Assembly (NCBI GenBank): GCA_045605805.1
Contig: JAZUQR010000027.1
Location: 64,001-128,000, forward strand
Length of the DNA stretch: 64,000 bases
From: Alphaproteobacteria bacterium
GTDB lineage: Bacteria > Pseudomonadota > Alphaproteobacteria > CAAHEQ01 > UBA3637
Direction of reading: 5' to 3'
Shown one piece after another: positions 1 through 9,511 of this stretch (positions within the stretch are counted from its first letter, which is position 1; each line of letters begins with the position of its first letter). Both the position numbers and the translations under genes were made by a program. The notes beneath the pieces were generated by a model. It saw only the letters and a program-made list of their open reading frames with translations. It did not search any database and was not told the DNA's origin.

Positions 1-178
1 AGCTTAAAAAAAGGTAAAACCCAAAGCTCCATTCACCAAATGGCCGCCAAAATCAAACACAGTCCCACCTGTAATGGATGGACATTTTGGCATATAAAAA
101 AACAACAAAAACTGATACCTATTGACATCTTACGCAAATATGATAAACTAACGAAACAAAAAACAAAGGAGAAATAAA

Positions 179-817
179 ATGAAAAAAATAATTTTAACAA
201 CCGCATTGGCCACTTTTCTGTGTGCCTGTACAACCAATCCATACACAGGCGAATCACAAACAGCAAAAACTGTGTGGACAACCGGCATCGGTACCGCAGT
301 CGGAGCCGGCGCAGGGGCTTTAATCGGTGGGAAAAAGGGTGCTTTAATTGGGGCTGGCGCAGGGGCTGTTGTCGGCGCTGGTACGGGGGCATATATGGAT
401 ATCCAAGCCTCAAAATTGCGTCAGGAATTATTATCCACAGGTGTTCAAGTACAACAAGTGGATAATAAAATTATCTTGATTATGCCTGGGCATGTCACCT
501 TCGGCACAAATCAAGCCACAATTCAACCACAATTTGAACCGGTTTTGTCCTCTGTTGCAAAAGTCATCAAAGAATATGACAAAACAAAAGTACAAATCAT
601 CGGCTATACCGATAGCACAGGCACAGTGGCAACAAATAACACACTGTCTTTGCGCCGTGCCAACTCTGTATCCAATTTCCTGCGCCTAAACGGTGTGGAT
701 ATCAATCGGATTATTGTGGACGGTTTAGGCCCACAAAACCCAATTGCCACAAACGCAACCGCAGAAGGCCGCAAAAAAAATCGCCGTGTTGAAATTACTT
801 TAATCAATATGCAATAG
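179..817 (+). CDS. OmpA-family lipoprotein (YiaD-like; glycine zipper plus peptidoglycan-binding OmpA C-terminal domain)
   Basis: Lipobox LCAC, TNPYTGE, Gly-zipper GAGAGALIG, OmpA motifs GYTDSTG, NNTLSLRRA, NRRVEI. Confidence 0.92.
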   Translation: MKKIILTTALATFLCACTTNPYTGESQTAKTVWTTGIGTAVGAGAGALIGGKKGALIGAGAGAVVGAGTGAYMDIQASKLRQELLSTGVQVQQVDNKIILIMPGHVTFGTNQATIQPQFEPVLSSVAKVIKEYDKTKVQIIGYTDSTGTVATNNTLSLRRANSVSNFLRLNGVDINRIIVDGLGPQNPIATNATAEGRKKNRRVEITLINMQ

Positions 818-829
818 GCAACAAAATTC

Positions 830-862
830 AAAAAACTCCTCATAAAATGGGGAGTTTTTTTT
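830..862 (+). terminator. Rho-independent terminator after the OmpA-family gene
   Basis: AAAAAACTCCTCAT-AAA-ATGGGGAGTTTTTTTT hairpin plus T-tract. Confidence 0.75.
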
Positions 863-868
863 CAAACT

Positions 869-897
869 TTGACAATTAAACAATTTTCGGCTATAAT
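869..897 (+). promoter_or_regulatory. Consensus sigma70 promoter for rlmE; probably a leaderless transcript
   Basis: TTGACA(869-874)-N17-TATAAT(892-897), ATG 7 nt downstream at 905, no SD. Confidence 0.75.
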
Positions 898-904
898 AAT
901 CTCC

Positions 905-1591
905 ATGAACTTTGAAAACAGACCCTTAAAAAATAAACTACATAAAAACAAAAGGCGTTCCGAATCCAGCACAAGATGGTTGCAACGCCAATTAAATGAT
1001 CCCTATGTAGCCGAAGCTCATCGCATGGGATTCCGAGGGCGTGCCGCCTTCAAAATACAACAGTTAAACGATAAGTTTCACTTTTTCAAAGCGGGCAAAC
1101 GGGTGGTAGATTTAGGATGTGCCCCTGGTGGATGGACACAGGTGGCCGTAAAAGCCGTACATTCAACCGAACAAAACCCACTGGTTGTTGGAATGGATTT
1201 ATTACCCACAGCCCCTATTGTGGGGGCCAAAATGGTACAAATGGATTTTACAAGCGAACAAGCCCCTGCTGTTTTACAAGAACTTTTAAGCGGCCACAAA
1301 GCCGATATTGTGATGAGTGATATGGCCGCCAATACCACAGGTAATCACGCCACAGACCACCTGCGTATTATGAATCTGTTAAAAATGGCCTATGACTTTG
1401 CCACCAAAGTTCTCAACCCCAACGGAGTCTTTATCGCCAAGATTTTCCAAGGAGGTACAGAAAACACTTTTTTGGCCCAAATGAAACGAGAGTTCAAAAC
1501 CGTCAAACATGTCAAACCGGATGCAAGCCGCAAAGATTCCTCCGAGTTTTATGTTGTCGCAATGGGCTTTAAGGGGACACATGAAGATTGA
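905..1591 (+). CDS. rlmE: 23S rRNA Um2552 2'-O-methyltransferase RlmE/FtsJ
   Basis: SSTRWLQRQLNDPYV, RAAFKI, VDLGCAPGGW, SDMA, KPDASRKDSSE; start placed at ATG 905 because the ORF-track TTG is the -35 box. Confidence 0.95.
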   Translation: MNFENRPLKNKLHKNKRRSESSTRWLQRQLNDPYVAEAHRMGFRGRAAFKIQQLNDKFHFFKAGKRVVDLGCAPGGWTQVAVKAVHSTEQNPLVVGMDLLPTAPIVGAKMVQMDFTSEQAPAVLQELLSGHKADIVMSDMAANTTGNHATDHLRIMNLLKMAYDFATKVLNPNGVFIAKIFQGGTENTFLAQMKREFKTVKHVKPDASRKDSSEFYVVAMGFKGTHED

Positions 1592-2543
1592 GCAAATCCA
1601 AAAAGCAATTCAAGAATTATTACAACAAATTGATGCGACAACAAAGCCGGCAAACGAGGTTATCAATGCCTATACCCGCTCCAGAAGGTATATCGGCTCA
1701 AAAGACAGAAAAACCATCACACAAAGCGTTTGGAATACATTAAAACAACGCCCCACACCCGATTGGATAAAAAAACTTATCCCCCAAAAAGAACTGGACG
1801 CCATGCAAAGCGAAGCACAAACAATTTTACGAACCAACGGTAATCGGGAAGACATTCAACAAAAACTTAAAACAGAAGGCCTGAACACAACACCAACCCC
1901 ACTATCACCCATCGGATTGATTTTAGAAAAACGCACCAACCTTCAAACAAATCCCTCTTATCAAACAGGATTGATTGAAGTGCAAGATGAAGGCTCACAA
2001 TTGATTGCTTTGGCAACGAAGATTCAGCCCAACGACAGTGTGTTGGATTATTGTGCAGGGGCAGGTGGTAAATCCTTATGCTTTGCCCAAATGATGAACA
2101 ATCAAGGCAAAATAGTGGCACACGATATTTCAAAAATAAGCCTGAACGAACTTCACAAACGGGCCAAACGAGCAAACGCAACACTGATAACAACTACCTT
2201 AAAACCATCAGGATTATTTGACCATGTGGTGGTGGATGCCCCCTGTTCCGGCTCTGGCACATGGCGCAGAAATCCGGACGGTCGCTTAAAATTGACACAA
2301 GAACAATTGAAAAAGATCATTAAAACCCAACAAATGATTTTGGAACAAGCCTGTCAATTGGTGAAAATAGGCGGAAAATTGCATTATATGACTTGCTCGG
2401 TGATAGAACAAGAAAACCAAAAACAAGCCCAATGGTTTGTGAAAAAATATCCAACCTTTCAATTAAAACATCACCAACAATGGACACCGGCCACAACAAA
2501 CACCGATGGGTTCTTTTTGGCCACCTTTGAAAAAATAAAATAA
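1581..2543 (+). CDS. RsmB/NOP family RNA m5C methyltransferase
   Basis: VQDEGSQL, DYCAGAGGK, VDAPCSGSGTWRRNPD, YMTCS, TDGFF; ATG 1581 overlaps the end of rlmE. Confidence 0.9.
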   Translation: MKIEQIQKAIQELLQQIDATTKPANEVINAYTRSRRYIGSKDRKTITQSVWNTLKQRPTPDWIKKLIPQKELDAMQSEAQTILRTNGNREDIQQKLKTEGLNTTPTPLSPIGLILEKRTNLQTNPSYQTGLIEVQDEGSQLIALATKIQPNDSVLDYCAGAGGKSLCFAQMMNNQGKIVAHDISKISLNELHKRAKRANATLITTTLKPSGLFDHVVVDAPCSGSGTWRRNPDGRLKLTQEQLKKIIKTQQMILEQACQLVKIGGKLHYMTCSVIEQENQKQAQWFVKKYPTFQLKHHQQWTPATTNTDGFFLATFEKIK

Positions 2544-2566
2544 GCCGCCTTGATTAAGACGACTTA
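2541..2566 (-). terminator. Terminator between convergent genes (reads best on the - strand)
   Basis: On - strand: TAAGTCGTCTT-AATC-AAGGCGGCTTA hairpin with G-U pairs, followed by a T-rich tract. Confidence 0.55.
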
Positions 2567-2589
2567 TTTATAAGGTTTAGCTTAAATCG

Positions 2590-3597
2590 TTAAAACACAG
2601 CCTTCACAACCGCAGATGCCCCATACATGTGCATTGGTTCACTAAACGGTTTGCGTGCATTCAATTGAAGCCCAAGCACAAGGTTTTTGTACGGATAAAC
2701 ATCCAACCCCACATTCCATTGAGCATTAGACCCTTCAGATTTTTGGACGTTAAAGTCAATAGCATACCACTTGCTTGGTTGGATATACAGCCCTGGATTG
2801 TAATAATAACCATGCTCATCCACCCAATCTTTTTCTGTATGACTTGGATCAATAAAGGTTTTGGTATGATCATAAGTGTATGAAGCCGTTAAATAACCCG
2901 TGAACCACCCCCAAGTAGACCCAATAGTAGCCGTTGGTGCCCACGACCAACCAGTCACCCGTTCCACTCGTGAGCCATGTTTGGTTTTTTCACGATGCCA
3001 TGTTCCATCCACCCCAACAAACAAATCAAAATGGCAATAATCCGCCAAATGATAGTTAGTACTGACAGTCACATCATACCCGCTTAAATGCGGCACAGGG
3101 CGTCCCTCTGCAGCCACATATTGATCTGTCTTTGGTGTTGTATATTTCTTACCGCCAAAGGCCTGAATTGTCCAACGATCGGTAATACCATAGGCCATAC
3201 GCATATAGGCCTGCCAACCACGATATTCACCTATATCAATTGGGCCGATTGCATCTTGCCCGATCTTGCGTTTAGGTTCCTTAAACACCCCAGCCACTTC
3301 TTGTGCCGAAATCTGACCTTTTTTCAACACAAACAAGGGGTTGCGAATCCCCAATTCATGATTGCTTTTGCACGAACTTTTTGCCTCTTTCTTCACAGGA
3401 GCCACAGTCTGAGCGCACGCCTCACACAAAGGTTTTGGTTCTGGAACAGTTGTACTTGTATATGAAGTTGTCCGACAACTTGTACAAGCCGGCACTTGAT
3501 ATTGAACCGTTGTGGTTTTAACAGTACCAACTTCCTGAGCCTGTGCCATCACAGAAACACCCATCAAAGCCGAAGTAAATAAGAACATTGTTTTCAT
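2590..3597 (-). CDS. Putative outer-membrane beta-barrel protein with Cys-rich N-terminal region
   Basis: Signal peptide (MKTMFLF...AQA), CTSC/CEAC motifs, alternating aromatic beta-strands, C-terminal Phe (VVKAVF); start could be 3633. Confidence 0.6.
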   Translation of the reverse strand: MKTMFLFTSALMGVSVMAQAQEVGTVKTTTVQYQVPACTSCRTTSYTSTTVPEPKPLCEACAQTVAPVKKEAKSSCKSNHELGIRNPLFVLKKGQISAQEVAGVFKEPKRKIGQDAIGPIDIGEYRGWQAYMRMAYGITDRWTIQAFGGKKYTTPKTDQYVAAEGRPVPHLSGYDVTVSTNYHLADYCHFDLFVGVDGTWHREKTKHGSRVERVTGWSWAPTATIGSTWGWFTGYLTASYTYDHTKTFIDPSHTEKDWVDEHGYYYNPGLYIQPSKWYAIDFNVQKSEGSNAQWNVGLDVYPYKNLVLGLQLNARKPFSEPMHMYGASAVVKAVF

Positions 3598-3668
3598 AAA
3601 AAATCCTTTCCCCAAATTAAACATTATCTTCATTGTACACTTTTTTGAAAAATAGGCAAGCCCTTATA

Positions 3669-5435
3669 TCACTTTTTTTTATTTTTTTTGAACGAAGCAA
3701 ATAAAGTCTTTTTTTTAACGCCTGCCGGATCCACATCTACACCAACACCCGTCACAATACCATCTGTAATTTCATGAACAACCAATTGCACAGAATCCAA
3801 AGTCAAACGGTCACCTACATCCACATCATCAAACTCTTGTTCAAACAATTCAGCCACCGAATAATCACGAATCCCTTTATCCACAGTCAGCCCATACATC
3901 CATTCCAATTCGGAAAAAGTTGTTGTGGGAGCAATGGGAAAATCACCCAACGGTTTGTTTTGTCCAATACTTCCGCCACCAAAGAAATGGTCCAACAACG
4001 GCCGTTGCAATTCTGAAGAAACAAAAATATAAACTTTATCTCCCTTTTTGAATTGGCGCAAGCGAGCACCTGAGGGATAAGAAATCCCATTACGCACCAC
4101 CAATGTGGGTTTTGCCCATTTGGGCAAGCGTTCGCCACAAACCACAGGCGTTGTGTCTGTCAATTCATACAACACCAAAGAACTGTCTGTTAAATCCGGC
4201 AAATCAATTTCTGTTTTCACAGGGTCCTTTTCCAATTGAGGCAAGGTGACACCACACCAAGCCCCCACCATCGGCAAAGCAAACCCTTGCACAGCCAAAC
4301 TGATTAAAACCATCACAAAGATAATGTTAAAAATCTCATCGGCATAGGGCAAACCAAACACCATCGGAATCAAGGCCAACAAAATGCTTGTTGCCCCCCG
4401 CAACCCAACAAAAGCAATAAAAACCTTTTCTCCAAAACGATAGGCCTTAAATGGATATAACAAAATAAACACCATCAACGGCCGAGCTAAAAACATCAAA
4501 AAAACCGAAATAGCAAAAGCAGGTGCCCACACCTCAACCAATGCAGAAAAACTGACAAACAACCCTAAAATCACAAACATACTGATTTGGCTAAGCCATG
4601 TAAAAGTTTGTTGAAACTTGGAAATCTGGGCATAGGCTTGAATCCGACTGTTGCCCACCAACAAACCAGCAATGTATAAGGTTAAAAACCCACTGCCGCC
4701 CATCAAGTTGGAAACACCAAATCCAACCAAAGCCAATCCCAACACAAAAATCGGATACAAGGCTGCTTCCAAACGAAACCGATTGACCAAAAAATGAATC
4801 ACAGAACTCAATAAAAATCCAACGCCAGCCCCCACCAAAGCCTGAGTTGCAAACGAAGAAAAAATCATAGCCAACGAAACAGCCCCACCTTTCAAACTGT
4901 GTTGAAACAAAAGGGCAAAAGTCAAAGTCATAAAAATGGCCATAGGGTCATTTGTTCCTGATTCAATTTCCAAAGTAGATTTAACTCTGTCTTTCAAAGA
5001 AAGCCCTTTGGAACGCAATAAAAAGAACACAGCGGCGGAATCGGTTGAACTGATGATAGAGACAAGCAACAGAGCACTCAACCAAGAATAATCCATAAGC
5101 CAGATAACTAACGGCGCCAAAAACAAAGCAGTCAAGGCCACTCCAACAGTAGATAAAACAATAGACGGCCCCGCATCTTCCCGATAGTTTTTCATGGGAG
5201 TATGAAAACCACTGTCAAATAAAATCATCGCCAAAGCCACCGACCCAATAAAAAAGATAATTTTTGGATGTTGTAAAGATTGCAACACCTCAAAATTGCC
5301 TGCACCCACGCTTAAACCAATACACAAAAACAACAAAATCAATGGCACACCCATACGGGAAGACAATAAACTTGTTAAAATGCTTATTGTCAACAAAAGG
5401 CCCGCCAATAAAATCGGAAGATTTATAAAATCCAT
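3669..5435 (-). CDS. cvrA: K+/H+ antiporter NhaP2/CvrA (CPA1) with C-terminal RCK-C and CorC-like domains
   Basis: SSTDSAAVF, LEIESGTNDPMA, GGSGFL, GLRGA, many TM helices. Confidence 0.9.
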   Translation of the reverse strand: MDFINLPILLAGLLLTISILTSLLSSRMGVPLILLFLCIGLSVGAGNFEVLQSLQHPKIIFFIGSVALAMILFDSGFHTPMKNYREDAGPSIVLSTVGVALTALFLAPLVIWLMDYSWLSALLLVSIISSTDSAAVFFLLRSKGLSLKDRVKSTLEIESGTNDPMAIFMTLTFALLFQHSLKGGAVSLAMIFSSFATQALVGAGVGFLLSSVIHFLVNRFRLEAALYPIFVLGLALVGFGVSNLMGGSGFLTLYIAGLLVGNSRIQAYAQISKFQQTFTWLSQISMFVILGLFVSFSALVEVWAPAFAISVFLMFLARPLMVFILLYPFKAYRFGEKVFIAFVGLRGATSILLALIPMVFGLPYADEIFNIIFVMVLISLAVQGFALPMVGAWCGVTLPQLEKDPVKTEIDLPDLTDSSLVLYELTDTTPVVCGERLPKWAKPTLVVRNGISYPSGARLRQFKKGDKVYIFVSSELQRPLLDHFFGGGSIGQNKPLGDFPIAPTTTFSELEWMYGLTVDKGIRDYSVAELFEQEFDDVDVGDRLTLDSVQLVVHEITDGIVTGVGVDVDPAGVKKKTLFASFKKNKKK

Positions 5436-5440
5436 AAAAC

Positions 5441-6460
5441 CTATTTCCTTGTCTGTTTCATCCGAGCTTTCAGTTGTTCAAGTTTATGGCTTGCCAGTGC
5501 AGTATCACGGCTGGTTGTTGATAAACGGTCATACATCCGTTGGATTTCCTTGTTCAAATAAGCCGTTTCAATTTTCTGGGTCAAGGTGCGTTTTGCAACC
5601 ACATCTCTTCCCTTAAAAATACGATCTTTTTTGGCCAAAATAGCCCGCACAGTTTCAGACGCATGAGTCCGTCTTTGTTCAATCACATAAGGTAAATCAT
5701 GCACAATGCGTCCCACAACTTCTGCCGCATGTTTTTTGTCCCGAATACGATTACGATAAGCCGAAATCATCCCAAAAGCCACTTCCATTTCAAAGACATC
5801 ATCCACAACAATAAAGGGCATCTGGTCCGCAAAGCCTTTAATGTTGATATCCTTCAAGTATTCCAACAAGTGATGGAAAAAACCGCCCACATTAAACAAA
5901 ATAAACGGTTTTGGTTCCAACAACCCATCTTGCATGGCAATACAATCATAAACAAGTTCATCCAAAGTTCCCAACCCCCCTGGGGCAAACACAACAAAAT
6001 CCGCCCCCAAAAGATGTTGTTTTCTTTCTTCCAAAGTATGGGAAACAATCACATCTGTCAATTCGTTCAAAACAGAATCATCATCGGGATAAAGGCGCTG
6101 ATAATGTTCTGTTGTAATGCCTTGAATCGGTTTAGCAATTTTTTTGTCTTTTTTGTGCCACACTTCCAAAACGCCTTGGGCCACAGCCCCCATAATCCCT
6201 CGGGAAGACAAACCAAAAGTCAATTGGTAATTTCGCCGACCAATAGCCTTACCAAGTAAAAACGCCTGTTCCACATACTCAGGATTATTACCGGAACGGG
6301 AACCACCCGCCACAAAAACCCGAATGGTTGTTTCATTTTTATCCAACTTAAAGTTTTCCGAATATTCAACAACCAAGGCCTTTTTTTGAGGCTTAAAATG
6401 TTGTGCTTTTCTGTCATGTTTGCCACTTTTGGAAAGGGCGGACTTATAATGTTTTGTCAT
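5441..6460 (-). CDS. LOG/SLOG-family nucleotide phosphoribohydrolase with C-terminal helical extension
   Basis: GIMGAVAQG, EERK, PGGLGTLDE (PGGxGTxxE), KPFILFNVGGFF. Confidence 0.8.
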   Translation of the reverse strand: MTKHYKSALSKSGKHDRKAQHFKPQKKALVVEYSENFKLDKNETTIRVFVAGGSRSGNNPEYVEQAFLLGKAIGRRNYQLTFGLSSRGIMGAVAQGVLEVWHKKDKKIAKPIQGITTEHYQRLYPDDDSVLNELTDVIVSHTLEERKQHLLGADFVVFAPGGLGTLDELVYDCIAMQDGLLEPKPFILFNVGGFFHHLLEYLKDINIKGFADQMPFIVVDDVFEMEVAFGMISAYRNRIRDKKHAAEVVGRIVHDLPYVIEQRRTHASETVRAILAKKDRIFKGRDVVAKRTLTQKIETAYLNKEIQRMYDRLSTTSRDTALASHKLEQLKARMKQTRK

Positions 6461-6740
6461 AGCGTCTCCTTTTGTCTTAAAAAGAGCATACTACATCTAA
6501 AACAAGATAGCAACGACTTTTTATAAAAAAGCAGTGGATAATTTTATTCTATCAAACCATAAATCGCACAAGGCTTACCTGAATAAGCGGCCCATATACG
6601 GTCACCATAACAAGGCTGATACGAAAACTTGTCAAGTTGCTAATAAGTTTTTTCTTGCAGAAAAAGTGCTTGACTTTATCATTGTTTTATGTTCAACTGA
6701 AATTACCATAAACAGTTTAACAAAATAAAAGGATAGAAAG

Positions 6741-7955
6741 ATGGCTTTATTTTTTAATCGAACATCAAAAGAACCCAAAGTAATTCCATTAGGAAAAAGT
6801 AACAGTAAGTTAGTATCTTCTGGTACATCGGATGAATCTGCCCAAAAAATGTTTGATGCGTTGTTGGAAAAGGAGGATAAGGACTTTGAAAAGAATAGTC
6901 ATCCTTATTCCTATATTCAAGACCTTGAACAAACCCCTATCAGAGAGGTTAAATTGGATGGTCAAATGTATTACGTGTGTGCACGTTCCACAAATGCACA
7001 TATTGAGGCGGGGGATCCCAGAAATTCCCATGAAGTCAGCAATGACAAGAAATTGAGTTTATATGTAATGACACCTAATGGATCTATCATCAGATATGAT
7101 GAGAAGACAATAGATCCTGTTGATATCCACGATCATTCTGTATTAGATATCAACGAAATTAGAAAAAAGACAACTAATCAAGATTTAGCAGACGTTATAG
7201 ATAAATTCTTTTTGGTTACCCCAGAAGAACGCCAAGCATTTAACGCTGGTGAAAAACATCCCGATATGTATAGAAAAATTAACCCCAAAGATTTCGCCGA
7301 AGAAGTCAAGGGGTTTGCAGCATACCCTTATGATACACATTATACGCCACAATATTATGCAAAAAGCGCTCGAATTTCGGCACGTCCTGGTAAAGTGGGT
7401 GAAAAAATTACAACTGTGATGAAGGATGGACATAAGGAAACAACAAATACTGTTAAAAACGAAGGGGATATGGTGGCAACCAATCCAAATGGGGAACAAT
7501 ATATTATTGATGCCAAAACTTTTGCAAAGAAATATGAAATTGATCCCAAAAATCCCGACAAATATCGTCCAACGGGTGGGGCTCAAGAGTTTATGACCTT
7601 AGGGGAAAATGTCATGTTTAAAGCTCCTTGGGGTGAACAAATGATGATTAAAAAGGGTGGTGTTTTGAATGTTACCAACATGGATGACATTTATGGTATT
7701 CAACAAGCAGAATTCCAAGAAACATATGCTCCTTGCGACAAGGATGGAAATTTTTCACGTCAAAGTTTGCGTAAATTGCTTCGGGAAGCATATACTGCTG
7801 GTGAACGCAAGCATCTTGCTACTCAATTAAATCAAGGTGATGAAAAAAGAAATGCACGTGCAGAAGAGCTACACAAAATGCGTAAGACACGTGATGAATA
7901 TAATGTTGCCAAAGCAGCGCTAGCAGCTAGACGCGCTAAAACAGGCGGTGAATAA
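6741..7955 (+). CDS. Hypothetical cytoplasmic protein with a PGDYG-like domain
   Basis: 404-aa ORF with SD; EGDMVATNPNGEQYIIDAKTFAKKYE and FKAPWGEQM...YGIQQAEFQETY resemble PGDYG-family segments; basic C-terminus. Confidence 0.55.
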   Translation: MALFFNRTSKEPKVIPLGKSNSKLVSSGTSDESAQKMFDALLEKEDKDFEKNSHPYSYIQDLEQTPIREVKLDGQMYYVCARSTNAHIEAGDPRNSHEVSNDKKLSLYVMTPNGSIIRYDEKTIDPVDIHDHSVLDINEIRKKTTNQDLADVIDKFFLVTPEERQAFNAGEKHPDMYRKINPKDFAEEVKGFAAYPYDTHYTPQYYAKSARISARPGKVGEKITTVMKDGHKETTNTVKNEGDMVATNPNGEQYIIDAKTFAKKYEIDPKNPDKYRPTGGAQEFMTLGENVMFKAPWGEQMMIKKGGVLNVTNMDDIYGIQQAEFQETYAPCDKDGNFSRQSLRKLLREAYTAGERKHLATQLNQGDEKRNARAEELHKMRKTRDEYNVAKAALAARRAKTGGE

Positions 7956-7967
7956 TACAAGTGTTTC

Positions 7968-8001
7968 AAAAATAACCCCACTTTCGGCTGGGGTTATTTT
8001 T
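7968..8001. terminator. Bidirectional Rho-independent terminator
   Basis: AAAAATAACCCCA-CTTTCGGC-TGGGGTTATTTTT. Confidence 0.75.
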
Positions 8002-8029
8002 ATAAGGGGAGGCATGCAAAAGTTCGATA
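8001..8029. repeat. 29-bp direct repeat, copy 1 (copy 2 at 9512-9540)
   Basis: TATAAGGGGAGGCATGCAAAAGTTCGATA vs TATAAGGGGAGGTATGCGAAAGTTCGATA (27/29). Confidence 0.85.
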
Positions 8030-8074
8030 CTGCGAAAGCAAAAATAATCCAGTGAATTATTTTTGTGCGCGAAG

Positions 8075-8186
8075 CAATGAAACACAATGAATTTAAGCGG
8101 TAGCGCAAAATGAATTGATGTCATCATTGCAAAGGCCAACGGGTAAACATAAAAAAAACCCCGAACAAATCGGGGTGTTATGGTGG
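8075..8186. repeat. 112-bp tRNA-3'-associated repeat, copy 1 (copy 2 at 9707-9818)
   Basis: Ungapped manual alignment, 97/112 identical; contains the terminator hairpin CCCCGA..TCGGGG and ends in TGGTGG (reverse complement of a tRNA CCACCA end). Confidence 0.85.
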
Positions 8187-8294
8187 AGGGCAATGAACGA
8201 ATATCGAGCAACCCATTCGGTTGATTTAAAAGAATTGGCCTTCAAAATTCAAAACCTGTTTTAAGTTTATCACCCAGGGGAAAAAACTCTTCGA

Positions 8295-9209
8295 TTATCT
8301 CTGTAAAAAGTTCATTCCTTTTTGGATACACAACTCAGGTGTATTACTTTTTGCAGATAATTCTATTGTAATGGATGGAATATGTTGTTTTTCAAAATAA
8401 TCTCTTGCAGTTTGTCCCGATGGTATCAGGATTTTCTTTTGTCGTATCAAAGCTTTCAAGAATTTTTTAAGTGTTGATTGCTTTTTCAAAAGTAAAAATC
8501 CTTGTTTTTCACAACATTTAGAAAGCGGTGTATTTTTAAAATATCTGTTATAAATGACATAATCTTTTTGCGAAACTTCATCACCATGGATATCTATAAT
8601 TGCACAAATATTTGTGAACTGTGAGATTTGTTTTTTGATAGAAGTTAAAAGAGAGTTGTTTTGATTTGCCCAATCTCTATTTAAATCCACCCCACCTGGT
8701 GTTAATCTGTGATTTCTTTTTTGAATCCCCTCCTTATTCACATAGGGAAAAACAAGAAAAGAAAAATTATTTAAAAAAGTACTATCTGATGAGAGTGTTC
8801 TTAAAATACCTTCTAAAAAATAAAGCCCCATTGTTTCTGCTGGATGTTGTCCTGCCATCAACACAATAGTAGGTTTTTCTTCATTTCCTAAAAAGAAAGT
8901 ATTATTTCCTATTTTTTGAAACAAAGAACAAAACTTTTCCATTTTCGCTATATCATAGTTTGGAAACCAACATGCATACTTTGCGTTTTCAGATACAGAA
9001 AATAAAAATGACTTCCCATCATAATGTCCTGGTTGTAATCTTTTCCAAGTTTTTCCATCCATACTTTCAAAAGGTGCATAATCTATCCATCCCTTTTTAT
9101 AAGGAGAATCAGCAGCATTTATAATCTCTACTTTTTTTGTTCCTTCTTCTAATTTACAAAAAAAACTATGTTTTGTTGTTTTTTGTTCTTTTTCCAATAC
9201 AATTTTCAT
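8295..9209 (-). CDS. M14-family zinc carboxypeptidase (cytosolic type)
   Basis: AGQHPAE (HxxE), NKEG...NHR...GVDLNRDW, IDIHGDE, ITIEL; visibly more AT-rich than host genes. Confidence 0.85.
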   Translation of the reverse strand: MKIVLEKEQKTTKHSFFCKLEEGTKKVEIINAADSPYKKGWIDYAPFESMDGKTWKRLQPGHYDGKSFLFSVSENAKYACWFPNYDIAKMEKFCSLFQKIGNNTFFLGNEEKPTIVLMAGQHPAETMGLYFLEGILRTLSSDSTFLNNFSFLVFPYVNKEGIQKRNHRLTPGGVDLNRDWANQNNSLLTSIKKQISQFTNICAIIDIHGDEVSQKDYVIYNRYFKNTPLSKCCEKQGFLLLKKQSTLKKFLKALIRQKKILIPSGQTARDYFEKQHIPSITIELSAKSNTPELCIQKGMNFLQR

Positions 9210-9394
9210 TTATCTTCCTTTTGATATCGAGTCCAAAAAATGCTTTGCAATTTCTAAATCTTCTTTTCTTTCTCTTTTATGAAAGAAAAATCCTGGATTA
9301 CACATTTCAAATTCTAAAACAGAAGGATGTCCAAATTTTCCTAAATATTCCAAATGTTTTTTATTGTTTCTTCATTTTTCATTAGAAAAATCAT
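9210..9394 (-). pseudogene. Small ORF (~61 aa) interrupted by a frameshift in an A6 run, directly upstream of the M14 gene
   Basis: Strong SD AAGGAGG then ATG at 9394; frame stops after 17 codons, but one extra A in the run at 9357-9362 gives a 61-aa ORF whose TAA abuts the M14 ATG. Confidence 0.5.
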
Positions 9395-9511
9395 AATAAC
9401 CTCCTTTTAATATAATTTACTTCTAATTATTATGATAGCATGAAGCCTTTTTTTATGCAAGAAAAAATCTCAGAACTCACAGTGGACTTGAATTCGTGTA
9501 AGTGCTTGTTT

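Noticed and set aside
6500-6660. Possible ncRNA or riboswitch in the LOG/orphan intergenic region
   Set aside because: Only a short ACAAGGCT repeat and a TTGACA without a well-spaced -10; no convincing structure or known motif.
7966-8211. ORFs 7966-8211 and 9511-9840 that resemble each other
   Set aside because: They are translations of the non-coding repeat, terminator and tRNA end, not genes.
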